DNA of 64,000 bases, from positions 957,858-1,021,857 of the forward strand of contig OZ250139.1 of assembly GCA_965237405.1 (NCBI GenBank), read 5' to 3'. The notes under the pieces are model-generated. The model did no database searches and was not told the DNA's origin. It saw only the letters and a list, made by a program, of their open reading frames with translations. The stretch is from Vicinamibacterales bacterium. Lineage in GTDB: Bacteria; Acidobacteriota; Vicinamibacteria; Vicinamibacterales; UBA8438. How positions within the stretch are numbered: the stretch's first letter is position 1; each line of letters starts with the position of its first letter. Shown one piece after another: positions 8,900-19,833 of the stretch. The position numbers and the translations under genes were made by a program.

Positions 8900-11108
8900 T
8901 TTGGTTCTGGCTGCCCTTCGCAACAAGGTGGATCATCCCGCGACGGTCCGCGAGTTGCTTCAACGATTGCAACTCCCCCGGGAACAACACGGTACCTTGC
9001 GTCGCCGACTCAGGGCTTTAGTTGAATCAGGTGTCTTAATTAAGGTGCGCGGGAATCGCTATGGGCTGTCCGATCGAATGCGGCTGGTGAGGGGTCGCGT
9101 CCAGGTGAATCCAAAAGGCTTCGGGTTCGTTACGCCTGACGAGCCGGTCGTCAACCTCGATGGCGACCTTTATGTCGCCGGGATAAACCTCAATGAGGCG
9201 ATGCATGGAGACCGTGTGGTGGCGCGAGTCGAGAGTCAGCGAGTCGACGGCCGCGCCGAGGGCCGGATCGTTCGGATCTTGGAACATGCGACCAATCTGT
9301 TGGTCGGGCGGCTGGAAATCGATGAATCAGGTCTGGCGTACGTCGTTCCGTCTGACCGACGTTTCCTGATGGACGTGCATATTCCTTCCGGCGACCGCCA
9401 AGATGCCAGTCCCGGAAAGGTTGTCGTGGCCGAGCTCATCCGATGGCCGACAGCGACTCGAAGTGCCGTTGGGCGCGTGACGGAGGTGCTCGGTGACATC
9501 GATGCCCCGGGGGTCGAAACGAAGCTAATTATTAGGAAGTTCGGCATTCCCGATTCGTACCCACCCGATGCGATAGCTGAAGCCCGGGCACTGGGTGATC
9601 GTATCCGGCCGCGAGACATCACCAAACGAACAGACTTCAGGGCGTTTTCCACGGTGACCATTGATGGCGAGACAGCACGTGATTTCGACGACGCGATCAC
9701 GCTCAAACGTCTGCCTAATGGAAACTTCTGGCTGGGCGTCCACATCGCTGATGTCAGCCACTACGTTCCCGAGGGTGGTCCCCTCGACCGCTCTGCGTAT
9801 GACCGTGGGACGTCGGTCTATTTTCCGGAGCGCGCGGTACATATGTTTCCCGAGGAGCTTTCAACCGGTCTTTGCAGCCTGAATCCGAATGCCGATCGGC
9901 TCGTTCAATCGTGCCTGATGGAGATCGATGAAACCGGCGACGTGCGGCGGTACGAGATTCATGACGGAGTTATTCAGAGTGACGCTCGGATGACCTACAC
10001 GGAGGTTAACGCGATACTGAAAGAGTCCAACTCGCCGAAAGTCGAGGAATATCGACAATTGGTGCCGCTGTTAGAGTTGATGGCTGAGGCGTTCGAAGTC
10101 TTGCACAAACGTCGGCGGCGACGAGGTTCGATTGATTTCGATCTTCCGGCTGCGGAGTTTTTGACGGACGACGAAGGAAGGGTGGAGGCGGTTGTCGCCG
10201 CGGAACGGAATATCGCGCACCGCTTGATTGAGGAGTTCATGCTCGTAGCCAACGAGACCGTCGCCGCGCATCTGCAGGGCCAGAAAATGCCCGTGCTGTA
10301 CCGAGTACACGAAGGGCCTGAGCCAACGAAGGTGAAGGAATTTGAGGCGTTCACGGCATCAATAGGTTACAGCTTGGGGGTACCGGCAGATCGTGTGAGA
10401 CCGCAACACTTTCAGCGCCTACTTGGCCGCGTTCGGGGTACGGCCGAAGAAAGAGCAGTCGCGGTTCTTATGTTACGGACAATGCAGCAAGCACGATACG
10501 ACACGGTAAGTTTGGGTCACTTTGGGCTTGCCACACGGACCTACACCCACTTCACCTCGCCGATTCGACGATATCCAGACCTAGTAGTGCATCGCGCTTT
10601 GCGCATGTGCCGACAGAGCCAATCGCGGTGCACGGAAAAGAAGAAGTCAAGCGAGCCCCTCCGAAACATGGCGCGACACACGTCGGAGATGGAGCGTCGG
10701 GCGGAAAATGCCGAACGAGAGGCCGTCCAATGGAGAAAGGTTCGATTCATGAGCGACAAAGTTGGTGACGAGTTCACCGGCTGGGTCACTGGCGTGACGG
10801 CATTCGGACTTTTTGTGGAGTTGATTGAACATTTCGTGGAGGGGCTTGTCCATATTTCGAGCATGGCTGACGACTATTATCGCTTCTCGGATCAGGTGCA
10901 TGAACTACGCGGAGAGAACACGCGGAAGGTCTATCGGATCGGTAACATGGTTCGGGTTCAGCTCGTCCGCGTTGATCGTGAGCATCGTAAACTAGAGTTA
11001 GCGCTAGTCGACGTCTTGGAGAGTGTAAGAAAGGCAGAGGCTCCGACGCGGGTGCCTCGGGCGAGGAGTAGAGCGAGGAATGTACCACGCCGACTAAAGC
11101 GACGATGA
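8886..11108 (+). CDS. rnr: Ribonuclease R
   Basis: 740 aa with an N-terminal wHTH/cold-shock region, an RNB catalytic domain ([19 protein letters not shown]...[14 protein letters not shown]), a C-terminal S1 domain and a basic tail. Confidence 0.92.
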   Translation: MLKADLVLAALRNKVDHPATVRELLQRLQLPREQHGTLRRRLRALVESGVLIKVRGNRYGLSDRMRLVRGRVQVNPKGFGFVTPDEPVVNLDGDLYVAGINLNEAMHGDRVVARVESQRVDGRAEGRIVRILEHATNLLVGRLEIDESGLAYVVPSDRRFLMDVHIPSGDRQDASPGKVVVAELIRWPTATRSAVGRVTEVLGDIDAPGVETKLIIRKFGIPDSYPPDAIAEARALGDRIRPRDITKRTDFRAFSTVTIDGETARDFDDAITLKRLPNGNFWLGVHIADVSHYVPEGGPLDRSAYDRGTSVYFPERAVHMFPEELSTGLCSLNPNADRLVQSCLMEIDETGDVRRYEIHDGVIQSDARMTYTEVNAILKESNSPKVEEYRQLVPLLELMAEAFEVLHKRRRRRGSIDFDLPAAEFLTDDEGRVEAVVAAERNIAHRLIEEFMLVANETVAAHLQGQKMPVLYRVHEGPEPTKVKEFEAFTASIGYSLGVPADRVRPQHFQRLLGRVRGTAEERAVAVLMLRTMQQARYDTVSLGHFGLATRTYTHFTSPIRRYPDLVVHRALRMCRQSQSRCTEKKKSSEPLRNMARHTSEMERRAENAEREAVQWRKVRFMSDKVGDEFTGWVTGVTAFGLFVELIEHFVEGLVHISSMADDYYRFSDQVHELRGENTRKVYRIGNMVRVQLVRVDREHRKLELALVDVLESVRKAEAPTRVPRARSRARNVPRRLKRR

Positions 11109-13030
11109 AACATATCGTGGTCGGTACGGCCGGACACATTGACCATGGAAAAAGCGCACTCGTGCGCGCGCTCACGGGTACCGATCCTGATCGGCTCAAA
11201 GAGGAGAAGGCCCGGGGGATCACCATCGACCTGGGGTTTGCCCAATATCAAATAGGTAACATGAATGTCGCGTTCGTGGACGTACCTGGGCACGATCGGT
11301 TCGTCCGTAACATGCTTGCCGGGGCGAGTGGGATCGACGGCGTCTTGCTCGTCGTGGCCGCGGATGAGTCGGTTATGCCTCAGACGCGCGAGCATTTCGA
11401 TATCTGTCGATTGCTCGGGATCCGCTCGGGGATCGTGGCTCTCACGAAGAGCGACCTCGTGGATACCGAGACCATCGAGATCGTAAAGCTCGAAACGGCG
11501 GATCTTCTAGCCGGATCATTTCTGGAGGGTGCCCGAGTTGTTCCAGTGTCCTCGAAGACCGGCGTAGGACTAAAGAAACTGACCGAAGCCCTAACAGAGC
11601 TGTCGGAGCGAGTTGAAGAACGGACCGGAATGGGGATCACAAGACTGCCAATTGACCGGGCATTCACCGTTCATGGATTTGGCACAGTAGTGACCGGAAC
11701 GTTGGTTTCGGGGCATCTCACGGCTGACGCCGAGCTGGAACTTTTGCCAGTTGGTCGCAGGGTGCGGGTGCGTGGTTTACAGGTACATGGTAACGCGTGC
11801 CAGGAGGTGACGGCTGGTCAGCGGGTTGCCGTTAATCTCTCGAGTATCGAGGTGCGAGAACTGAAGCGGGGTGATTCGCTTGTTGAGCCCAACGGCCTTG
11901 AGATCACACGGCGGTTGGATGCGGACCTCGGGCTCCTCGCCAGCGCATCTCCACTGAAACACGGCGCCCGAGTTCGGTTTCATGCTGGCACTAGTGAAAC
12001 CATGGCACGAATCTCCCTTGGCGCACTGTGCGACCAAAGTCTGAATGGGGAGGCGGTCAACCTTCTCGAAGCTGGCGAGGAGGCCTACGCGCGGGTTCAC
12101 CTAGAGGAAACGGTGGCGCTGACACGCAGCGATCGATTTGTGATCAGAGCGTATTCGCCGGCAATCACCATCGCAGGAGGACGGGTCCTGGACCCGGCTC
12201 CGGGTCGAGGACGATTCAGAACGAAGGCGGGTGTCGAGCGCCTCCGACGCCTGCATAGCGAGGATCCTTGCGACGTCGCAGCAGCAATGGTCACGGACGC
12301 GGGAGCCCGAGGTCTACCGGTGGACCGACTGATTCCACGTGCTGGAACTGTTCCGACTGATCTGTCGAGTCAGATAGGTGCGCTGGTTGAATCGGGACGA
12401 GCCCAGCACGTTGGATCACGCCTGTTGACACCTGAGGTAGTAGCGACATTGTGTAATGCGGTCAGAGCCTGGGTCACTGTTTATCACGAACGTCGTCCCT
12501 TGGAGCCAGGTTTGCCACGTGAAGAGGCACGTGAGCGCTTCAGTCATCTAGCCTCCCCGGCGATCTTCGACAAGCTCGTAGAGCTGATGGTTCAGAATTC
12601 CACGCTTACCGCTCGTGATCACTTAGCGTTGGCCACTCACAAAGTCGCGCTTTCGGAAGAGGAAGAGCGGGTATCGGCGATCATTGAACGTAGTATTAAA
12701 CAAGCTGGACTTGCACCGCCCGAGCCGGTACTCGTGGCAGAAGAGAACGGAATCGATTTTGCAATCGCCGAGCGCATGGTTCAATACCTGGTCCGTAGAC
12801 GTGTACTTGTTCGCGTGGAGTCTCAGTACTTTCATGCGTTTGCTCTCGACAGCCTGAAAGCAGACGTCGCGGCGTGGAAGATGGACAGTCCGGACGGGCG
12901 AATCGAGATTGACGTTGGGACCTTCAAGGAGCGGTACAAGGTGAGTCGAAAATATGCCATTCCGCTGTTGGGCCATCTGGACCGCGAGCGAGTGACGCGA
13001 CGATTGGGCAACGTTCGGGTGGTACTCTAA
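11105..13030 (+). CDS. selB: Selenocysteine-specific translation elongation factor SelB
   Basis: [40 protein letters not shown] and DVPGHDRF G-domain motifs, followed by a long winged-helix C-terminal half. ATGA overlap with rnr. Confidence 0.87.
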   Translation: MKHIVVGTAGHIDHGKSALVRALTGTDPDRLKEEKARGITIDLGFAQYQIGNMNVAFVDVPGHDRFVRNMLAGASGIDGVLLVVAADESVMPQTREHFDICRLLGIRSGIVALTKSDLVDTETIEIVKLETADLLAGSFLEGARVVPVSSKTGVGLKKLTEALTELSERVEERTGMGITRLPIDRAFTVHGFGTVVTGTLVSGHLTADAELELLPVGRRVRVRGLQVHGNACQEVTAGQRVAVNLSSIEVRELKRGDSLVEPNGLEITRRLDADLGLLASASPLKHGARVRFHAGTSETMARISLGALCDQSLNGEAVNLLEAGEEAYARVHLEETVALTRSDRFVIRAYSPAITIAGGRVLDPAPGRGRFRTKAGVERLRRLHSEDPCDVAAAMVTDAGARGLPVDRLIPRAGTVPTDLSSQIGALVESGRAQHVGSRLLTPEVVATLCNAVRAWVTVYHERRPLEPGLPREEARERFSHLASPAIFDKLVELMVQNSTLTARDHLALATHKVALSEEEERVSAIIERSIKQAGLAPPEPVLVAEENGIDFAIAERMVQYLVRRRVLVRVESQYFHAFALDSLKADVAAWKMDSPDGRIEIDVGTFKERYKVSRKYAIPLLGHLDRERVTRRLGNVRVVL

Positions 13031-13103
13031 GCGTCGACTTTGCCATGGGCAGGTATGCGCCACTAGACTGAAAAGATGGGTATTAAAGTTAACACCTAGC
13101 CTT

Positions 13104-13565
13104 GTGATGTTGGAAAAGGATCGAAGTTTCTTTACCGTGTGTGTGTTTCAGGACCCCGCTTCGGCGGATCGAGGCCTTGAGGCTCTCCGGGCCAGAGGGT
13201 TCGAGGCCAACAGTCTGTCAGTCATCGCTAAGCGATCCGAAAGCACGGAAGCGCTGGTGAAGAAATTGTTTAATTCCGTGCCGATCACGCTTGGGGTTAA
13301 GGGACTTGGCCGGGTTGTCGCGCAGGGTTCATTGGTCAGCGCGCTGCAGGGCGCCGATGAGGGTCTTGTCCAGACGGGGGTCATCGGCACGATCCGCCGA
13401 GTTGGGTTCCAGGCGCACGATGGATTCATCTACCAGACGTTAACCGAGCGGGGTGGTGTCCTGGTCGCCGTCGAGAGTGAACCGCGGGCAGCTGACGCCT
13501 TGGCGCTTTTTCATTCGTACGGTGGCGGCAACGCCGCGATCGGGGCGTGGGTGGGACGCGTCTAG
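13104..13565 (+). CDS. Hypothetical protein, YflT/GSP17M-like general-stress-type domain
   Basis: 153 aa. The N-terminus (FQDPASADRGLEALRARGFEANSLSVIAK) and the C-terminal GGVLVAVESEP...A segment resemble that family. The assignment is weak. Confidence 0.45.
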   Translation: MMLEKDRSFFTVCVFQDPASADRGLEALRARGFEANSLSVIAKRSESTEALVKKLFNSVPITLGVKGLGRVVAQGSLVSALQGADEGLVQTGVIGTIRRVGFQAHDGFIYQTLTERGGVLVAVESEPRAADALALFHSYGGGNAAIGAWVGRV

Positions 13566-13641
13566 TCATAGGTCTTCAGATAGTGGTGCCCGAAAGGTTT
13601 TGCAACGCGTCATAGACGGTTGAAGGACTTGCATCGCACTT

Positions 13642-14694
13642 ATGAACCTTGAACTTGGACGAATCGCGTTTACAGCAAGTAGCGCGGCGCGCGGTCGGGA
13701 ACGTCGCTTCCGCCAAAAGAAACTGGAGGCCCATGAGGCGGCCAAACGACGTGGGTCATTCGAGTCGCTCAAGGAGGTTCCCTCAAAGGGTGCGAAGGGT
13801 GACGTTCCATCCCGTATTGCGGAAGTGTCCATTCTACCCGACACATGGGCGCCTAGGGATGTCAGCTTTCGCGTCGGTGCAACCCGAGACCGGATGGGCG
13901 GGTCTTTCGCGGCCTCGCTCGGCAGCCATGCGGTTGGGATAGGACTCCTCTTCCTGCTTGTCAGCCTCGCTCCTGAACGTGTGTTTAAGTTGGTGGAGTT
14001 GAACCGGAATAACTACGATGGCATCGTATGGATTCCCGAAGATGGTCCCGGTGGAGGAGGAGGGGGCGGTGGAAATGAGTCGCTTGAGCTGCCACGGCCG
14101 GTTGAGGTCGAGGGACCAGATGAGACCGAGTTGGACATTCCGATCGAACCTGAGATCAAATTTAAGCCTGAGGTCGAACCCGAACCTGTCGACCTCTTGC
14201 GTCTAAACATTCCAGCCCTGTCGATGGCAGCAGCTCTTGAAACGTTGCCCGGGAGTATGGACGATATCCTCGCGGCGAGGGACTCGTTGTCGCAAGGGAG
14301 GGGATCTCTGGGTGGTGCTGGAACAGGCACGGGAAGAGGAATTGGCCCGGGTGAAGGATCTGGTTTGGGACCAGGAAAGGGTGGAGGCGTTGGCGGTGGC
14401 GTCTATCGTCCAGGGTCGGGCATCGAGAATCCCCAACCCCTATATCGAGCTAAGCCTCAGTACACCTCAGAGGCTATGCGGGCTCAGGTCCAGGGTGAAG
14501 TGTGGCTTGAGATCGTTGTTCTGCCCGACGGCACCGTTGGCGACGTGACGATCACGAGGTCACTGGATCGTGTCTTCGGTCTCGACGAGGAAGCCATTAA
14601 GGCCGCATGGCAATGGCGCTTCAAGCCTGGACTGCGTTTTGGTAAACCCGTCGCCGTCATGGTGGGGATTGCCCTTGAATTCCATCTTCGCTAA
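13642..14694 (+). CDS. TonB-family energy transducer
   Basis: A TM anchor (HAVGIGLLFLLVSLAP), a Pro/Glu/Gly-rich spacer and a C-terminal TonB_C domain (YTSEAMRAQVQGEVWLEIVVLPDGTVGDVTI...AIKAAWQWRFKPG). An alternative start lies at 13894 (MGGSF...). Confidence 0.75.
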   Translation: MNLELGRIAFTASSAARGRERRFRQKKLEAHEAAKRRGSFESLKEVPSKGAKGDVPSRIAEVSILPDTWAPRDVSFRVGATRDRMGGSFAASLGSHAVGIGLLFLLVSLAPERVFKLVELNRNNYDGIVWIPEDGPGGGGGGGGNESLELPRPVEVEGPDETELDIPIEPEIKFKPEVEPEPVDLLRLNIPALSMAAALETLPGSMDDILAARDSLSQGRGSLGGAGTGTGRGIGPGEGSGLGPGKGGGVGGGVYRPGSGIENPQPLYRAKPQYTSEAMRAQVQGEVWLEIVVLPDGTVGDVTITRSLDRVFGLDEEAIKAAWQWRFKPGLRFGKPVAVMVGIALEFHLR

Positions 14695-14704
14695 CGGCTG
14701 CTGT

Positions 14705-14743
14705 ACAAAAAAGAGGCTCGGTGAGCCTCGAGCCCACCGAGCC
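14705..14743 (-). terminator. Rho-independent terminator downstream of groEL
   Basis: On the minus strand, GGCTCGGTG...CACCGAGCC (or the nested GAGGCTC-acc-GAGCCTC) is followed directly by TCTTTTTTG. It lies 30-70 nt after the groEL stop. Confidence 0.7.
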
Positions 14744-14772
14744 ATCCCAATTCGTCTTATTTTTTGCCTTAC

Positions 14773-16407
<1,635 letters not shown>

Positions 16408-16450
16408 CTAGAAACTCCATTCCCTGATGCACGTTGCGTATCCGGCTTCC

Positions 16451-16750
16451 TCAGCTTTCGACGACACCGAGGATCTCGTCCTCGCGCATCATCAAGAATT
16501 CAGTGCCGTCCAACTTGATTTCTTGGCCAGAATACTTTCCAAAGAGGACTCGGTCGCCAGGCTTGACATCAAGTGGCGTGATACTGCCGTCATCCTTGAC
16601 CTTACCTTTACCGACGGCGATGACCTTGCCCTGCTGGGGTTTCTCTTTCGCGGTGTCAGGGATGATAATTCCACCAACAACCTGCTCTGCTGATTCCTCT
16701 ATTCTCTCAACGATGATACGGTCGTGGAGAGGACGCACTTTCGTTGCCAT
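16451..16750 (-). CDS. groES: Co-chaperonin GroES (10 kDa)
   Basis: [15 protein letters not shown]...[22 protein letters not shown], a classic GroES sequence. Confidence 0.97.
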   Translation of the reverse strand: MATKVRPLHDRIIVERIEESAEQVVGGIIIPDTAKEKPQQGKVIAVGKGKVKDDGSITPLDVKPGDRVLFGKYSGQEIKLDGTEFLMMREDEILGVVES

Positions 16751-16807
16751 TAGTTAAAAATCCCTTCAAGGTATTGTAAATAAAATAGATCGCCTTACAA
16801 CGACGGT

Positions 16808-16834
16808 CTAGCAGTCAACGTGACTGACTGATAA
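16808..16834 (-). promoter_or_regulatory. CIRCE-like inverted repeat (putative HrcA operator)
   Basis: The minus strand reads TTATCAGTC-N9-GACTGCTAG against the consensus TTAGCACTC-N9-GAGTGCTAA (7/9 matches per half, with a compensatory C/G swap in both arms). It sits immediately downstream of a -10 box and 58-84 nt upstream of groES. Confidence 0.5.
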
Positions 16835-16861
16835 TTATAGCTGAACGGTGCAAAAGGTCAA
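16834..16861 (-). promoter_or_regulatory. Sigma-70-type promoter of groES-groEL
   Basis: The minus strand reads TTGACC-16 nt-TATAAT (complement of 16856-16861 and 16834-16839). Confidence 0.55.
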
Positions 16862-16882
16862 ATTCGGGCGAATGACCTCGCC

Positions 16883-17101
16883 TCAGCCTGCCCGCGTGTG
16901 CCGCTTCAGGCGATAGGTAGTCACCTTTCGGCTGAGCGTGTTGCGGTGGATGCCGAGGATGTCGGCCGCTTGGCTAAGTTTGCCCTTCGAACGGGCCAGC
17001 GCTCGCGTGATGAAGCGACGCTCGATCTCTCGTCGTGCGTCGTCATAGAGGATCCCCTTCTTCAGCATTTCGTTGATGAGTTTGTCGAGTTCCTCACGCA
17101 C
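16883..17101 (-). CDS. Small Fis-type (HTH_8) DNA-binding protein
   Basis: 72 aa with a C-terminal GKLSQAADILGIHRNTLSRKV helix-turn-helix. Confidence 0.6.
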   Translation of the reverse strand: MREELDKLINEMLKKGILYDDARREIERRFITRALARSKGKLSQAADILGIHRNTLSRKVTTYRLKRHTRAG

Positions 17102-17138
17102 GCGAGTTCCTTCTAGCTAGAGATGACGGCGTTCAGGG

Positions 17139-18050
17139 CTACGCAAGATCCATCTGGGTGAGAGTCCGAAACACCTCAATGTACTTATCCCGGGTCTTCG
17201 CGACGATATCCGAAGCAAGCTCAGGCACCGGTGGGTGACGATTCCATGAAATTTGATCGAGATAATCACGGACAAACTGCTTATCGAAGCTCGCCTGGCC
17301 TTTACCAGGCGCATAAGTGTCCTTCGGCCAAAACCGTGAGGAGTCCGGCGTGAGGACCTCGTCGATCAGAATAATCGATTCGTCACCGTCTGCAGTTGCG
17401 AGCAGGCCGAACTCAAACTTCGTGTCAGCTACGATGATGCCGCAAGACTCTGCATGCTGGGCACCGTGAGAGTAGAGGGCCAACGTTAGGTCTCGAAGCT
17501 TGTTGACGAGTGAGTAGCCGACGAGGTCGGCGGCCTCCTCCTGGCTGATGTTGATGTCGTGCCCATCCGAGGCCTTTGTTGCCGGCGTGAAGATTGGCGT
17601 TGGAAGGCGGTCGGATTCCTTTAACCCAGGCGGAAGGTCGATGCCACACACCCGCCCTGAAGCTTGATACTCCTTCCAACCCGATCCGGCAAGGTAACCT
17701 CGGGCGACGCACTCGATGAGAACGGGACGCGTGCGGGTCACGAGCATCGACCGACCCGTGAGCAGAGAAGCGTGCGAACGAAGCGAATCTGGGTACGTGG
17801 CTGGATCGGTCGATACCATATGGTTTGGTACGAGGTCACGGGTGTGCTCGAACCAGAATGCTGACAGTTGCGTGAGAACCTTGCCTTTGTCCGGGATCAC
17901 AGAGCCAAGCACAAAGTCGTACGCGGAAATGCGATCCGTCGCAACCATTAATAGATAGTCATCGACTTCGTACATGTCGCGAACTTTACCTCGGCGGTAG
18001 CACGGAATACCTTCAAGTAGAGTTTCAAAGACGGGTGCTGTTATGGGCAT
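17139..18050 (-). CDS. purC: Phosphoribosylaminoimidazole-succinocarboxamide (SAICAR) synthase
   Basis: YRRGKVRDMYEV, ATDRISAYD and IIVADTKFEFG motifs. Confidence 0.92.
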   Translation of the reverse strand: MPITAPVFETLLEGIPCYRRGKVRDMYEVDDYLLMVATDRISAYDFVLGSVIPDKGKVLTQLSAFWFEHTRDLVPNHMVSTDPATYPDSLRSHASLLTGRSMLVTRTRPVLIECVARGYLAGSGWKEYQASGRVCGIDLPPGLKESDRLPTPIFTPATKASDGHDINISQEEAADLVGYSLVNKLRDLTLALYSHGAQHAESCGIIVADTKFEFGLLATADGDESIILIDEVLTPDSSRFWPKDTYAPGKGQASFDKQFVRDYLDQISWNRHPPVPELASDIVAKTRDKYIEVFRTLTQMDLA

Positions 18051-18262
18051 GACCGAACCTTGATAGGTAGGTAAATGAGCACCGCGCCCCCGATCGCTCG
18101 CGGGATGAGCGCTAACGGGCCATTAGCTTAGTAAGAAGTGTCGATCACCGCAAGTCGGAAATCGGTACATTAGCGTTGCAGCCTAGAACGCGCCGGCAAG
18201 AATCGTTTGTAGTACATTCATCCGATCGACGTAATCCTACCGTCGAGGCCGTCAACGAAAGC

Positions 18263-19375
18263 ATGCGTCGTCATCTTCAGGTCCTTCTCATCGTTCTTTT
18301 GACAGGAGGCCTACTGGCGTTCTTTGTGAGAAACGCCGACCTGGTTCGTGTATGGGAGGTGACGTGGCAGGCACAGCTCGATCTCGTCATCATCGCAATT
18401 GTGCTGATGGCCATTTCGTATCTCATTAGAGTCGAGCGATGGCGTCGCCTCTTGCAGACGATCGGTGGCGCGTCCTTCACTGCTGTCGGACGAGCGACAG
18501 TGATCGGTTTTGCGGCCAACGCCCTCCTTCCCGGGCGAGTGGGAGAGGTCCTTCGTCCCTATGTGCTCGCCGACCGCGAGCATCTGAGTGCCTCGTCGGC
18601 TTTCGGCACGATCGTGGTGGAACGGCTCCTTGACCTGCTGGCGATCTTAATTATGGTCTCCGGTTGCCTGATCTTCTTCGAGGTGCCAACGCAAGATGGC
18701 GGACTCCTTAGGTTGGTTCGGGTAGGTGCGATAACGGGGGGTGGCGGGGCAGTCATCGGATGGATGGCGATTATAAGACTTGTCCGGCGACCGAAGGCGG
18801 CGGAGCGATTCGCGCGTCTATTGGCGAAGGTGGCGCCGGATGGTATCGCACGTTTCCTGCCCGCTGTCATCGAGCGGTTTGTGAGGGGATTGGAGGTCGT
18901 GCGGAGCCCCGGGCAGCTCGTGGTCGCGACGGCACTGTCGCTCACGTTGTGGGGCTGCATCGCGACGAGCATCTGGGTAACATCGGTCGCATTCGGGATC
19001 GAGATATCCTTCGGTGGGGGTGTCATTCTCATGGGTCTAGTAGCGGTTGGCGTGTCGGTGCCTACACCAGGCGGCGTTGGTGGATACCATGCTGCATATG
19101 AGCTCGGCGCTACGGTTCTCTACGGCGCCGGGGCTGACGAGGCGGTTGGGGCGGCGCTTGTGACACACATGGTCGCCTTCGGCCCAGTAACCCTCCTGGG
19201 CTTAGTGTTTATGGCTCAAGAAGGCTTTCGACTCACCGACCTATCGGCGTTTCGGCTTGGGCAAAACAATTTGACCGGGCCGGGTGCAAAGCCATCGTCG
19301 ACAACGGGGCTGGGAAGCTCCTCCGGCGACGTTCGCCGATGGCTGGAATCAGGAGAGCAAGGGGGACCTCAGTGA
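18263..19375 (+). CDS. Multi-pass membrane protein, UPF0104 / lysylphosphatidylglycerol-synthase-TM-like (flippase-like) family
   Basis: Multiple TM helices and an LPGRVGEVLRPYVL motif. The ATG at 18263 (MRRHLQVLLIVLL) is preferred over the TTG at 18176. Confidence 0.6.
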   Translation: MRRHLQVLLIVLLTGGLLAFFVRNADLVRVWEVTWQAQLDLVIIAIVLMAISYLIRVERWRRLLQTIGGASFTAVGRATVIGFAANALLPGRVGEVLRPYVLADREHLSASSAFGTIVVERLLDLLAILIMVSGCLIFFEVPTQDGGLLRLVRVGAITGGGGAVIGWMAIIRLVRRPKAAERFARLLAKVAPDGIARFLPAVIERFVRGLEVVRSPGQLVVATALSLTLWGCIATSIWVTSVAFGIEISFGGGVILMGLVAVGVSVPTPGGVGGYHAAYELGATVLYGAGADEAVGAALVTHMVAFGPVTLLGLVFMAQEGFRLTDLSAFRLGQNNLTGPGAKPSSTTGLGSSSGDVRRWLESGEQGGPQ

Positions 19376-19833
19376 AGTGTCCGTTCTGCGGTCAGGTAAA
19401 GGACAAGGTCGTCGATTCCCGTGAAAGCAAAGAAGGAGAGGTCATCCGGCGCCGTCGGCAATGCCTCTCGTGCGGGCGACGGTTTACTAGCTATGAACGG
19501 ATGGACGAGATCCCGTATATGGTCGTCAAGAAGGATGGCTCGCGGGAACGTTTTGAACGGCAGAAAGTTATTGCGGGATTGCTTAAGGCCTGTGAGAAGC
19601 GGCCGGTTAGCGTGGCCGCGCTAGAGGACGTCGCAGACCGCGTTGAGGTGACTCTACAGGACCGACCGGAGAAGGAAATTTCAACGAATGAGATCGGATC
19701 GTTTCTCATGCAAGAACTAAAGCTTCTCGACAAGGTCGCGTATGTAAGGTTTGCATCGGTCTATCGTCACTTCCGAGACATCGGTGAATTTATCGCGGAG
19801 CTTCGGGGACTACTTGATGCGACAGATAAATAA
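19372..19833 (+). CDS. nrdR: Transcriptional repressor NrdR
   Basis: A zinc ribbon (KCPFCG...CLSCGRRFTSYE) plus an ATP-cone. The GTG start overlaps the upstream stop (GTGA). Confidence 0.9.
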   Translation: MKCPFCGQVKDKVVDSRESKEGEVIRRRRQCLSCGRRFTSYERMDEIPYMVVKKDGSRERFERQKVIAGLLKACEKRPVSVAALEDVADRVEVTLQDRPEKEISTNEIGSFLMQELKLLDKVAYVRFASVYRHFRDIGEFIAELRGLLDATDK

